From positions 61,781-125,780 of IMG/VR virus record IMGVR_UViG_3300047470_000395: a DNA stretch of 64,000 bases. The stretch is one strand, 5' to 3'. The notes beneath the pieces were generated by a model, which saw only the letters and a program-made list of their open reading frames with translations, had not been told where the DNA came from and made no database searches. This stretch comes from a virus. Position 1 is the first letter of the stretch, and each line of letters starts with the position of its first letter. The position numbers and the translations under genes are program-made. This document shows positions 29,672 to 39,234 of this stretch, piece after piece.

Positions 29672-30257
29672 ACCCACCGTGGCCTCTGCCGCACAACCCT
29701 CGGGGAGACCGTCCATGCTGCGCCGCCGCCGTCGACACAACGACGACACCAGCGACCCCGTACGCCGAAACTGCCGTGACTTCGTCCGCGGCCTGCAGCT
29801 CCCTGCCGCCGCCAACGTCCGGGAACTGCGGCCGTTCATGGAGAAGCACATCGGCCAGCCGATACGCCTCCAGCCCGCCGAGGTCGGCGAGTCCGTCCCC
29901 TGCGGCATGTGGATCTCCACCAGCACGGTGAGTTACATCTTCTTCGACCCAGAGACCAGCCCGGCACACCAAGACCACATCATCGGGCACGAATTCGCCC
30001 ACATGCTCAAGGGCCACCGCGGTTCAACAACGCTGCCCAGGCCCGCCGCCGGCGGGCTTCTCGGTCTCCTCGACCCCGCGCTGGTCAAGTCCGTCCTGGG
30101 CCGCACTGACTACACCGAGCACGACGAGCAGGAAGCCGAGATGGTCGGCTCCTTCCTCAAGGCACACACCAACTCCTACCGCCCTCCGGCCCGGAGCGAA
30201 CAGGCGGACCGCATCACGCGCACACTGCTGCGCGGCACACCCCAAGAGAGACCGTGA
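29658..30257 (+). CDS. IrrE/ImmA-like HExxH protein
   Basis: PCGMWI…HQDHIIGHEFAHMLKGH…EQEAE. Confidence 0.75.
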   Translation: MISPEPTVASAAQPSGRPSMLRRRRRHNDDTSDPVRRNCRDFVRGLQLPAAANVRELRPFMEKHIGQPIRLQPAEVGESVPCGMWISTSTVSYIFFDPETSPAHQDHIIGHEFAHMLKGHRGSTTLPRPAAGGLLGLLDPALVKSVLGRTDYTEHDEQEAEMVGSFLKAHTNSYRPPARSEQADRITRTLLRGTPQERP

Positions 30258-31462
30258 AAGACATCCTGCACCCCCTGTGCCTGGTCATCGCCAGCGCGGG
30301 CTTCCTCGTCCTCCTGCGAGACCTCAAGCGTGACCGGCGCGACCGCGCCCTGGTCGCTCTCGCCGCATCGTTTCTGACCTCCGCCCTCAGCTACGCGGTG
30401 TCCATCACATGGGTGTGGGTGCGTGTCGACCAATTCTTCGGAGTCCCGAACATCGTCGTGCCGATAGCCCAGAGTTTCGTGATTCTGGTGCTGGCACTCC
30501 AGAGCAGCGTCCTCGCGTACTGGTCGAAACCGCCAGAGGAGGCCAGCCGCCGCTCCCGCCACCTGCTCATCACCGGCGCGGTCGTGATCGTCGGCATGAC
30601 GGTGCTGTTCGTCCTGCTCACCCCGGCCACCCAGCGGCCAGTCGGTTTCGCGAACTACTACGCCCATGACCCCGCGTACCAGGCGTATGCGCTGCTCTAC
30701 TTCGGCACGTACACGGTCGCTGAAATCTACCTGGCCCGCGCCTGCTGGAAGTACGCCCGCGAAGTCAGCGACCCGTGGATCAGCCGGGGCCTGCGCCTCG
30801 TCACCGTCGGCGCCCTCATCACCCTCGGCTACAGCGGAATCCGCATCGCCGCCGTCGTCGGCGCCAGCGCCGGATTCAGCGTTGATCAACTCAACGACTT
30901 CGCTTGGGCCTGCGGCGACATCGGCGCCACCCTCACCCAAGTCGGCTACTTCATACCCATCGTCGCCACCCGCACCACGGCCACCATCGCGTGGCACCTG
31001 GAACACCACCGGTACCAGCGCCTTGAAAACCTGTGGCAGGCCATGGCGGACGCCGAGCCGAGCATCGTCCTAGAGCAGCCCATCGACGCCTCCGAAGCAC
31101 GGCGCCAACGCCGCTCCGTCGCCTTCGAGCTGTACCGGCGAACCGTCGAGATCCGTGACGGGCAGATCGAGCTCCGCCCCTACCTCGACCCGGCTGCCCG
31201 TGAGGAAGCCGAGCGCCGCCGCCGCGCCTGGTGGCGCTCGAGCGCGCAGTTCGCCGCGGCAGTGACCGCGGACCAGATCCACGCCGCACTCGTCCAGAAG
31301 CAGCACGCGACGGTAGACGAACCGGCTTCCTACGCTGACGCGAACCTGAACACCTCCACCACCAGGAAAGAGCTTCGCCACCTCGCCCGCGTGGCGGCCT
31401 ACTTCACCCCGCCGGCCGCACGCGAGTCGAAGCCGCAAAGCGCCACAGGAGCCCGTACTTGA
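30254..31462 (+). CDS. MAB_1171c-like multi-pass membrane protein
   Basis: About 7 TM helices then LYRRTVEIRDGQIELRPY. Confidence 0.75.
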   Translation: MKDILHPLCLVIASAGFLVLLRDLKRDRRDRALVALAASFLTSALSYAVSITWVWVRVDQFFGVPNIVVPIAQSFVILVLALQSSVLAYWSKPPEEASRRSRHLLITGAVVIVGMTVLFVLLTPATQRPVGFANYYAHDPAYQAYALLYFGTYTVAEIYLARACWKYAREVSDPWISRGLRLVTVGALITLGYSGIRIAAVVGASAGFSVDQLNDFAWACGDIGATLTQVGYFIPIVATRTTATIAWHLEHHRYQRLENLWQAMADAEPSIVLEQPIDASEARRQRRSVAFELYRRTVEIRDGQIELRPYLDPAAREEAERRRRAWWRSSAQFAAAVTADQIHAALVQKQHATVDEPASYADANLNTSTTRKELRHLARVAAYFTPPAARESKPQSATGART

Positions 31463-33042
31463 ACCGCCGCACCCTGCTTGCTGCCGCCGCGACGACCGTC
31501 GCCGCGGCCTCCCTGCCGAACATGGCACACGCCGCCGACGCGACAGACGCGACCAGCGCAAAGGACGTCATGAGCACCACCGCGCCCTACCAGTCCTCCG
31601 CACGCGCACAACTCAAGGCGCTGCGCTATCGGCAGATCACCGCCCGCTCGCTGCTCGACCAGACGCTCGCGCACCTGGCGCAAGTCAATCCCGACCTCAA
31701 CGCCGTGGTGACGCTCGACATCGACGGCGCCCGAGCAGCGGCCGACGCCGCCGACCGTCACCTCGAGACCACCGGCACCACCCTCGGCCCTCTCCACGGC
31801 CTGCCCATCACCGTCAAGGACGCCCTCGAGACCAAGGGCATGCGCACCACCTGTGGGTCCACCAGCCTGACCGACCACGTCCCCGACCAGGACGCCGACG
31901 TCGTCGCCCTGCTGCGCGCGGCCGGCGCCATCATCATCGGCAAGACCAACGTGCCGACCATGTGCCAGGACATCCAGACGTCGAACCCGATCTTCGGCAA
32001 GACGAAGAACCCGTTCGACGCGTCCAAGACCCCAGGCGGCTCCTCCGGCGGCCCGGCCGTGGCTGTCGCCGCGGGCCTCACCGCGCTGGAAGTCGGCTCC
32101 GACCTCGCCGGGTCCCTGCGCCTCCCGGCCGCGTACTGCGGCGTCTACGCCCTGCGCACGTCCCGCGGTGCCGCGCCGATCGTGCCGACCCGCGGCCACA
32201 TCCCGCGGCCGCCGGGCTGGCTCACCAGCTCCGACATGATCACCCTTGGCCCGATCGCCCGCACGGCCGCGGACCTTGACGTCCTCCTGGACGTAATCGC
32301 CGCCCCGGCCCCGGCCGATGGCGCCGCCTGGAGGATCGACCTCCCGGCACCGAAGTTCACCAGCCTGAGCCAGTACCGCGTCGGTATATGGGCAGATGAC
32401 GACTACTGCCGGGTCGACTCCGCCACCCGTGACCTCCTCGACCAGGTCGCCCGGCTCGTCCGCGGCGCCGGCGCCACCGTCGACGACAGCTCCCGGCCCG
32501 TCGACTTCGCCGCTAGCGACAAGCTGTTCCAGCGCCTGATGTACGCCACGGCGTCCGCGTCCGCGAGCGACGAGTCGTTCGCTGCCGACGTCAAGGCGGC
32601 CGATGGGCTCGCCGACGACGACCCCAGCGCCCTTTACCTCAAGTCCCGCACCATGCGGCATCGTGATTGGGCGCGCGCCGACGAGGACCGGCAGAAGCTC
32701 CGCGGTAAGTGGGCCGACTACTTCGCCGAGCACGACATCCTCATCACGCCGGCGGCGCCGACCGCGGCCGTCGACGACCAGACGTCCGTCCCATCGCCCC
32801 AGCGGTACATCACCGTCGACGGCGAAAAGCGCTCGTTCTTCGATCAGACGAGCTGGATCAACCTCGCTGGGCCCGTCGGACTGCCCTCGATCGTGGTCCC
32901 GGCCGGGACCACGGAGAACGGCCTGCCGCTCGCCATCCAGATCATCGGCCCGTACCTGTCCGACCGAACCCTGATCGCCGCCGCCCAGCAGCTCGCCCGC
33001 ATCCTCCCGGCCCCTGCCACCCCGCCCGCATTCACCGCCTAA
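31459..33042 (+). CDS. Amidase-signature amidase with Tat-like signal
   Basis: MNRRTLL…AHA; GPLHGLPITVKD, PGGSSGG, GSDLAGSLR. Confidence 0.9.
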   Translation: MNRRTLLAAAATTVAAASLPNMAHAADATDATSAKDVMSTTAPYQSSARAQLKALRYRQITARSLLDQTLAHLAQVNPDLNAVVTLDIDGARAAADAADRHLETTGTTLGPLHGLPITVKDALETKGMRTTCGSTSLTDHVPDQDADVVALLRAAGAIIIGKTNVPTMCQDIQTSNPIFGKTKNPFDASKTPGGSSGGPAVAVAAGLTALEVGSDLAGSLRLPAAYCGVYALRTSRGAAPIVPTRGHIPRPPGWLTSSDMITLGPIARTAADLDVLLDVIAAPAPADGAAWRIDLPAPKFTSLSQYRVGIWADDDYCRVDSATRDLLDQVARLVRGAGATVDDSSRPVDFAASDKLFQRLMYATASASASDESFAADVKAADGLADDDPSALYLKSRTMRHRDWARADEDRQKLRGKWADYFAEHDILITPAAPTAAVDDQTSVPSPQRYITVDGEKRSFFDQTSWINLAGPVGLPSIVVPAGTTENGLPLAIQIIGPYLSDRTLIAAAQQLARILPAPATPPAFTA

Positions 33043-33075
33043 CCAAGATCATTCTTGCCCAATTGGGCAAGCCCC

Positions 33076-33106
33076 AGGGCCCCGTACGGGTGACGTACGG
33101 GGCCCT
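33076..33106 (+). terminator. Terminator-like hairpin
   Basis: AGGGCCCCGTACG-N5-CGTACGGGGCCCT after the amidase gene. Confidence 0.65.
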
Positions 33107-33180
33107 ATCACGTACCGGACCCGGTACCGATACGGGAGCGCTGCCAGAAACGGGGCGACGGTCTGACTATCGTCCCTCCC

Positions 33181-34020
33181 ATGACGACACCAACAGCCGA
33201 CATCGAGCGGCTCCGGTACGGGCCCTTTACAGGCCCCGCCGATGAGATGCGCATCATCGCGATGTGCAACCAGAAGGGCGGCGTCGGCAAGACGACCACC
33301 ACCATGAACCTCGCCGGCGCGCTCGCCTCCTTCGGAAAGCGCGTTTTGATCGTCGACGGCGACCCCTCGGGAAACCTCACCGACGGGTTCAGGCTCGAGG
33401 GACTCGACGAGGACGAGGGCGATACTCAGGTCGACTGCCTGCTCAAGGGCGCAGACCCGCACCCCCTGGTGGCCAAGCCGTTCGAGAACATCCACGTCCT
33501 GCCGGCCAGCCCGGACATGGTGTTTCTCCCCGCTCGCCTCAGAGAGCGCGGCAACGCGCTGCACGCCCACAAGAAGATGCTCGCCAAGTTCGAGGGTGAG
33601 TACGACTACTGCCTGCTGGACACCCGCCCGGCCATCGACACGGACACCAACTCGATGACCGCGGCCGCGCACGGCGCCCTCATGATGGCCAACACGCACA
33701 AGTGGGCCATGAAGGCCATCGGTTCTCAGCTCGACCAGCACGAATCCATCATGGAAGAACTCGGGCGCACCGACTTCCTTGAAATCGGCATGGTGATCAG
33801 CCTCGCGCTTTACGGACGCGGTGACTTCAACAAGCTGATCCTCAAGCAGCTTCGCCAGCACCCCGACCTGGCGCCCCTGGTAGAGATCCCGTTCCGTGGT
33901 GCCGACCTGGGCGAGGCGGAAGTCGAGGGCAAGCCCGTCCAGATGTACCGGCCGAAGTCCGACACAGCCCAGTACTTCCGCGACATCGCCGTCAAGGGCG
34001 GGCTGGTGGAGGCCGCGTGA
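33181..34020 (+). CDS. parA: ParA-family partition ATPase
   Basis: NQKGGVGKTTT, IVDGDPSGNLT, YDYCLLDTRP. Confidence 0.92.
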   Translation: MTTPTADIERLRYGPFTGPADEMRIIAMCNQKGGVGKTTTTMNLAGALASFGKRVLIVDGDPSGNLTDGFRLEGLDEDEGDTQVDCLLKGADPHPLVAKPFENIHVLPASPDMVFLPARLRERGNALHAHKKMLAKFEGEYDYCLLDTRPAIDTDTNSMTAAAHGALMMANTHKWAMKAIGSQLDQHESIMEELGRTDFLEIGMVISLALYGRGDFNKLILKQLRQHPDLAPLVEIPFRGADLGEAEVEGKPVQMYRPKSDTAQYFRDIAVKGGLVEAA

Positions 34021-34934
34021 CCAAGAACTGGGAAGAAGCGACGAGCTGGGAGACCACCACCAAGCGCCGCGGCGGGGACAAGCTGGCCAAGAACAGCCGC
34101 GTCGCTGACGACGAACGACAGGCCGCCATCGCGGCCGCCGTCGAGGAGGCCAAGCCCGGTCTGCACAAGGTTCCCGACCCCGTTGAGCCCGCCGGGGAGG
34201 GCGCGCTCACCGACGAGGAACAAGTGCGGTACCGGGAATGCCTCGACGGTGTCGACCTGGGCAATCAGGCGTGGTTCATCCAAGGCAAGGCCCTCGACAC
34301 GATCGCCGTGGGCCGACTGTTCCGCGACACCCCACACAAGCTCGAGCCGCACCGCAACTACGAGACGATCGAGGAGTGGGCGCCGCTGGAGAAAGGCATC
34401 TCAGTCGGCGGCTGCAGCAAGCTGCGCGCGGCCTGGGCAATCGGGGAGGTCCTCGCGGCCCGCGGCTTCGACGCCAACCCCGGCCAGGTCCGGGAGATCG
34501 TGCCGGTCCGCAACGCCTTCAACCTGAACGCGGCCATCGCGGTGTACGTCCTGGTCGCCGACACCTGGGGGAAGGACAACGTCACGGCCGAGCGACTACG
34601 CAACACCGTCAAGATGCTGCCCGGCGACCTGCAGCTCGACGAGGACGAGGACGTCGACGCCCTCGCGAAGACCATCAAGGGCGTACTCGTCGAGGAGCTG
34701 CAGCCGGCCGCCTCGCGCGCGATCCCGCCCGCGGTGACCCGGGCCGTCGACAAGCGGGCCATCGGCATCGCGGACGCCCTCAACCGGCCCCGGATCCCCC
34801 GTTCGGAGGTCACCCTTCGGCTCATGGAGGCGTTCGCCGACCCGGAGGACACCACCGTCTACGACGCCGTCCTCGAGCGGATGCAGCAGGCAGAGAAGGA
34901 AGCCAAGAAGGCCGCTAAGAAGGTCATCACGTAG
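34017..34934 (+). CDS. ParA partner, non-canonical DNA-binding protein
   Basis: Coupled to parA; no GxRR ParB box; AWFIQGKAL…RLFR…YETIEEW helical motif. Confidence 0.65.
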   Translation: MTKNWEEATSWETTTKRRGGDKLAKNSRVADDERQAAIAAAVEEAKPGLHKVPDPVEPAGEGALTDEEQVRYRECLDGVDLGNQAWFIQGKALDTIAVGRLFRDTPHKLEPHRNYETIEEWAPLEKGISVGGCSKLRAAWAIGEVLAARGFDANPGQVREIVPVRNAFNLNAAIAVYVLVADTWGKDNVTAERLRNTVKMLPGDLQLDEDEDVDALAKTIKGVLVEELQPAASRAIPPAVTRAVDKRAIGIADALNRPRIPRSEVTLRLMEAFADPEDTTVYDAVLERMQQAEKEAKKAAKKVIT

Positions 34935-34949
34935 GCGCACCACGCACGA

Positions 34950-34994
34950 ACGCACGGAGGCCCGGTCATAGGTGGTGACCGGGCCTCCGTGCGT
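34950..34994. terminator. Bidirectional terminator-like hairpin
   Basis: 19-bp perfect stem ACGCACGGAGGCCCGGTCA / TGACCGGGCCTCCGTGCGT. Confidence 0.75.
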
Positions 34995-35122
34995 GTGGAA
35001 CAGGTGTGCAGCATACGGCAGTTACCTGACCGGAAACTGGCTCACGCCGCGGCGGGCTCAGCCCGCTCCAGTTGGGACTGGACCCGCCGCCACTCGTTCG
35101 GGCGTGAGGATCACCCGCCCGG

Positions 35123-35623
35123 TCACGCGATTTCCATGCCCGCGTGACACGCCGTGTGGTCCCAGCCGACATCCACGGGGTAGCCGCAGAAGCACGTCCC
35201 CTCGACCGATGGCAGGCCCCGCATACGGCGCTGCAGCGCCTGCATCAGCTCGGTGCGGTGAATCCACCCGCGCTCGCTGACCATCTCCAGGACCTCCGCC
35301 TGGCCGCGTTCGTACCCGTCGAACGCCACGTCCCCGCTGGGCATCGGTCCGTGGGTCGCTTCCCACGCCAGGCGCGTTCCGGTCTCCTCCTCGAGCCGGG
35401 CCACGAACCCGTAGATCCGGCTGCACCGCATCTCGTCGAGCTCGTCCAGGCGCCAGATGTTCCGCTCGGCGTCCTGCCACCACGTGTCTTGAAACAACAG
35501 GTCCGACCAGTGCTCGACAGGTAGCCGACGGCCGCGGGTGATCTCGAAGTCTTCGTCGAACCACTGCTCCTCGAGCCAGGCCCGCCGCTCGGCGCGGCCG
35601 CGGCTCAGGCTGGCGCTACCCAC
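35123..35623 (-). CDS. Hypothetical protein
   Basis: SD GGAGG; overlapping operon; C-terminal CxC…HxxC. Confidence 0.65.
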   Translation of the reverse strand: MGSASLSRGRAERRAWLEEQWFDEDFEITRGRRLPVEHWSDLLFQDTWWQDAERNIWRLDELDEMRCSRIYGFVARLEEETGTRLAWEATHGPMPSGDVAFDGYERGQAEVLEMVSERGWIHRTELMQALQRRMRGLPSVEGTCFCGYPVDVGWDHTACHAGMEIA

Positions 35624-35933
35624 GGTGCGCCCTCCTGCCGTACCCGCCCTCGGCCAGGTCCGCGGCCGCCTTCATGATGGCGAGCCCGTCGGGGTGGTCG
35701 TAGACGGCGCGGACGATCGCGTCGTGCCACGCCTGTTGGCCGCGCAGCACCCGGGCCGCCGCGGCGTCCTTGCGGCGGGCGGCCTCGAGCTGCTGCTCGA
35801 TCGTTGGGCAGTGGCAGACCTCGAGGTCGGGGTTCTCCACCCGGGCGTGACACCCGGGGATGAGGTACCGGCCGCCGTGCTCGTCCTCCCACCAGTGGCA
35901 GACCAGGGTGCGGCCCTCGGGCTTACCGGCCAC
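35616..35933 (-). CDS. Hypothetical Cys-containing protein
   Basis: GTG 35933 overlaps the upstream gene end. Confidence 0.6.
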   Translation of the reverse strand: MAGKPEGRTLVCHWWEDEHGGRYLIPGCHARVENPDLEVCHCPTIEQQLEAARRKDAAAARVLRGQQAWHDAIVRAVYDHPDGLAIMKAAADLAEGGYGRRAHRG

Positions 35934-36369
35934 GGTGCGGCGTCCGGTACTTGTGCTCGAGGGTGCCCCGGCGGTGCTGGAGGACTTCGGCAACGACCGC
36001 GGGCCAGTCGACGGCTTGGTACCGCATCTCGGCGTCCGGGTTCTGCTCCCAGTCCGGCGCGTACCTGTCCTCGGTCAGGAGGGCCTCGGCCAGGCACTCG
36101 CCGCACACCACCCCGTCGGCCTCGCTCTGGTACTTGAGCAGCGTCTCCTTGTGGTCCGGGTGCAGCCGCATGTGCCGCCACGTCGCCTCGACGAGGAGAC
36201 GCCGCCAGTCGACGGCCACGGCGACGCGCTCGAGGATCGCGGCCATCGCGTCCGTGACGGCGTCGTACGCCTCGACGGGCATGGTGGCGATTTCGCCGAA
36301 CGAGTAGTGATGCTGCGGGCCGATCACGTCCTGGCGGAGCGACTCGACGACGGCCTTCCGGTTGGGCAT
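35923..36369 (-). CDS. Hypothetical protein
   Basis: ATG 36369; coding-like composition. Confidence 0.65.
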   Translation of the reverse strand: MPNRKAVVESLRQDVIGPQHHYSFGEIATMPVEAYDAVTDAMAAILERVAVAVDWRRLLVEATWRHMRLHPDHKETLLKYQSEADGVVCGECLAEALLTEDRYAPDWEQNPDAEMRYQAVDWPAVVAEVLQHRRGTLEHKYRTPHRGR

Positions 36370-36427
36370 GGGTGTTCCGTTCTCGGTTCGGGGGCGGTTC
36401 GGGGCGGGGAGCGGGGCTTGGGCGGGC

Positions 36428-37102
36428 CTACCGGCCGCGATGCGTCCCGCTGGCCAGGCGGTCGCGTAGCGCGGCACTGGCGGCCTGCTCGTCCTCGGCG
36501 CTGGGCGGCTGGATGTTGAGCGCGGCGAGAACGGCGCTCAGGATCGTGCCCGGGTCGGCGCCCGGTTCGCCGGCGGCGCCCTCGATCGCGTGCCAAGCAC
36601 GGTCGTGCTCGCCCGGGGTGAGCACTCGCGGCGGCTGCACGTCCCCGCCGGTGACCCGCTGTTGTGCGTACTGGGCGGCCGCGGTGAGCGCGTTACGCAG
36701 CTCGGGCAGCCGGCCCGTGAGGACGACGACGCGCACCGTGGCGGCCTCGTCGTCGTCGCTCGCCTGCCGCGTCACCTCGAACGTGGTCCAGGTGCTGCCC
36801 GGCGACACGGCCAGGGTGTCACCGGTGTGGTCGGCGACGCGGTACTCGCTCCGGGCGCGCAGCGGGGCATCGTAGGCGCGGGCCTGCTCGAGCGCGGCGT
36901 CGAGTTCCGCGGCCTGCTCGATCGTGAGCCACATACTGACGACGTCGCCGCCGAGGGCGAGGTTCTCGGCCTCGACCCACACGTACGGGCGCCGGGTCGC
37001 GTCGGTCGCGGTGCGCAGGATCAGCCGGTGGTTCTGTCCGTCGGTGTAGCAGTACGGGTACGTGGGCTGCTCGAGGACGGCGGCGGTCAGGTCGTTGGGC
37101 AT
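36428..37102 (-). CDS. Hypothetical protein
   Basis: SD AGGAG, ATG 37102. Confidence 0.7.
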   Translation of the reverse strand: MPNDLTAAVLEQPTYPYCYTDGQNHRLILRTATDATRRPYVWVEAENLALGGDVVSMWLTIEQAAELDAALEQARAYDAPLRARSEYRVADHTGDTLAVSPGSTWTTFEVTRQASDDDEAATVRVVVLTGRLPELRNALTAAAQYAQQRVTGGDVQPPRVLTPGEHDRAWHAIEGAAGEPGADPGTILSAVLAALNIQPPSAEDEQAASAALRDRLASGTHRGR

Positions 37103-37293
37103 GGTCGTCTCCTGATGACGGACGGGCGGACGGGTCAGGCGGGCTGAGGGAGGGACAGGCTGGGGAGCTCGAGGGGCCACGGCCGGCGGCGGGCGAACTC
37201 GAGGCGGTCCGGCTTCCAGCGGCCGGAGTTGGGCTTGCGGCGGCGGGGCGTGACGTTCCATCGCATGGCGGTGCCTTCCTGGGCGTGCGGTGG

Positions 37294-37584
37294 TCAAGCG
37301 GCCTGGGTGTCGTTCGGGTCGGGCACGATGCGGAGGTGACGCGGGCGGGACTGCTCGCGCTCGCGGGTCTTCTCGGCGGCCACCTGGGCGGACCGCTGGC
37401 GCTTGCGCTGCGAGGCGGCATCCGGCAGACGCCAACCGGCCTGGGCGTCGGTCAGGGCGGCACGGCGCGCGGCCTGCTGCTCCTGGGTCGTCATCAGCGA
37501 CTGTTGGGGCCGGGCCTCGCTGACGGAGTCGCCGAACCTGCCGGTCGGGATGGCCTCGGCCATGAGGCGCTCGTACGGCGTCAT
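37294..37584 (-). CDS. Hypothetical phage protein
   Basis: SD AGGAG; MTPYERLMAEAIPTG start. Confidence 0.65.
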   Translation of the reverse strand: MTPYERLMAEAIPTGRFGDSVSEARPQQSLMTTQEQQAARRAALTDAQAGWRLPDAASQRKRQRSAQVAAEKTREREQSRPRHLRIVPDPNDTQAA

Positions 37585-37656
37585 CTCGCATCTCCTGCCG
37601 GTTGTGCGGGTGGTGGAGCGGGGGCCGGGCGCGCGGCGGCGCCCGGCCGGGTGGGG

Positions 37657-38157
37657 CTACTTCTCCGGGGCGCGGCTGCACCTGCACTTGTGGCTGCAGC
37701 GCTCGCAGTCCTCGCAGATGTCGTGCGGGCAGCAGCCGCACGGCAGGCGGCGGCTGGGCGGCAACGTGCAGTGGTGCGCCGCGTCCTCCTCGGCGGCCGC
37801 GTCGACCTGGTCCAGGCGGGCCACGGCGGCGCGCACGGCGTCGGCGTCGGCGAGCGTCTCGGCCCGCACCGCGACCTCGTGGGCGTCGAGCATGGCCTTC
37901 GCCTGGTCGTGGTAGACCGGCCCGCCGGCCACCGGGGCGACGAGGTGGTTGAAGATCGGGCGGCGGGTCTCCCGGGACGGGCTCTGCGGCGCGGCGCCCA
38001 GCTCGTCGGCCACGTGGTCGAGCCACATGGCGGACGCGAGCACGCCCGTGTGCGTGTTCTCGTGCGCGGTGTCCGGCAACTGCAGCTCCCGCGAGCGCAG
38101 ATACCGGGCGGCCATGCGCAGAACGCGGGCGTCCTGCTGGGTAAAGACGGGGTCCAT
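37657..38157 (-). CDS. Hypothetical protein with Cys-rich C-terminus
   Basis: SD GGAAGGA; CGCCPHDICEDCERCSHKCRC. Confidence 0.65.
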   Translation of the reverse strand: MDPVFTQQDARVLRMAARYLRSRELQLPDTAHENTHTGVLASAMWLDHVADELGAAPQSPSRETRRPIFNHLVAPVAGGPVYHDQAKAMLDAHEVAVRAETLADADAVRAAVARLDQVDAAAEEDAAHHCTLPPSRRLPCGCCPHDICEDCERCSHKCRCSRAPEK

Positions 38158-38231
38158 CGGTGTCCTTCCTCGGACGTGAGTGGTGGAAGTGCCGGGCCGC
38201 CTGGGGGAACGTCGCGGCCCGGACGGCTGTG

Positions 38232-38684
38232 TCAGAACAGGCCGGACTGTCCGGCGGCCTCGAGCGCCAGGCGCTCCGTCTCGGAGGCCTGCTCGGCCTC
38301 CTGGCGGCGGATCTGCGCCACGAGCGGGGCCTGTCGCTGCGCCTCGGCCGTCTTGCGGGCCTGGAGCTCCGCGGACGTCGCCCAGCGCGTCATCACCTCG
38401 TGGTCGGCGAGCTCGGGCACGTCGCCCAGCGCGGTGCACTTGACGTGCGGGCTCTCGAGACGGCCGGTGACCTCGGCCAGGGTCCGGAGCCAGTTCGGGC
38501 CGTACGCGCCGACGATGACGACGAGCGTCCCGGCCGCGTCGAAGCCCTGCCGCAGGGAGAACCCGTCGGCCTCGTGCCGGTCGGGCCCGCCGGCCTTCTG
38601 CTCGTAGACGTCAAGGCCGAGGTCGACCAGTCCGCCCTCGACGAGATGGCGGCGGATCGTCGACGTGCGCGTGGCTCGAGACAT
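38232..38684 (-). CDS. Hypothetical protein ending QSGLF
   Basis: Preceded by AGAGCA hairpin and SD. Confidence 0.75.
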   Translation of the reverse strand: MSRATRTSTIRRHLVEGGLVDLGLDVYEQKAGGPDRHEADGFSLRQGFDAAGTLVVIVGAYGPNWLRTLAEVTGRLESPHVKCTALGDVPELADHEVMTRWATSAELQARKTAEAQRQAPLVAQIRRQEAEQASETERLALEAAGQSGLF

Positions 38685-38818
38685 GGGTGTCCTCGCTTCG
38701 TGGTCTGGGCCGGTGCTCTCCGGCCCGGGGCGGTGCGCCCTGCTCCTGCGCCGGACGGGCCGGTTCAGGGGCGGAGCGCACCGCCCGCCGTGGGGTGGCG
38801 GGCGGTGCTGCGGGCGGG

Positions 38819-39145
38819 CTACGCCAGGGCGACGGTGACCAGGACGTCCGCGAAGTACGTGTCGGGGTGCTCGCCGTCGTTGATCTCGAGGCCCTGGAAC
38901 TCCCAGTCCGCGGCGATGTCCGCGGCGAGCTCGGCGCGGCCCCTGCGCAGCGCGTGACCGTGGCTCACGGCCTCCACCGAGAACCAGTCGAGACCGGTGT
39001 CACGCAGCGACACCCACGCGGCGTTGGAGTTGTCGCCGACGCGGACGACCTCCGGCAGGATGCGGCGGATCTCGAACCCGGCCACCGGGCGGTCGGTGTA
39101 GACGACGGTGAAGCGGCGCAGCGTCTTGTGCAGGGTCAGGGACAT
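38819..39145 (-). CDS. Hypothetical protein
   Basis: Preceded by AGAGCA hairpin and SD, ATG 39145. Confidence 0.7.
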   Translation of the reverse strand: MSLTLHKTLRRFTVVYTDRPVAGFEIRRILPEVVRVGDNSNAAWVSLRDTGLDWFSVEAVSHGHALRRGRAELAADIAADWEFQGLEINDGEHPDTYFADVLVTVALA

Positions 39146-39234
39146 GGGGTTCCTCACTTCGTGGTGGGGGGCCGGTGCTCTCCGGCCCCGGGGGTGGGGC
39201 GCCCACGGCGGGCGCCCCTGGGGAGCTGCTGCGG

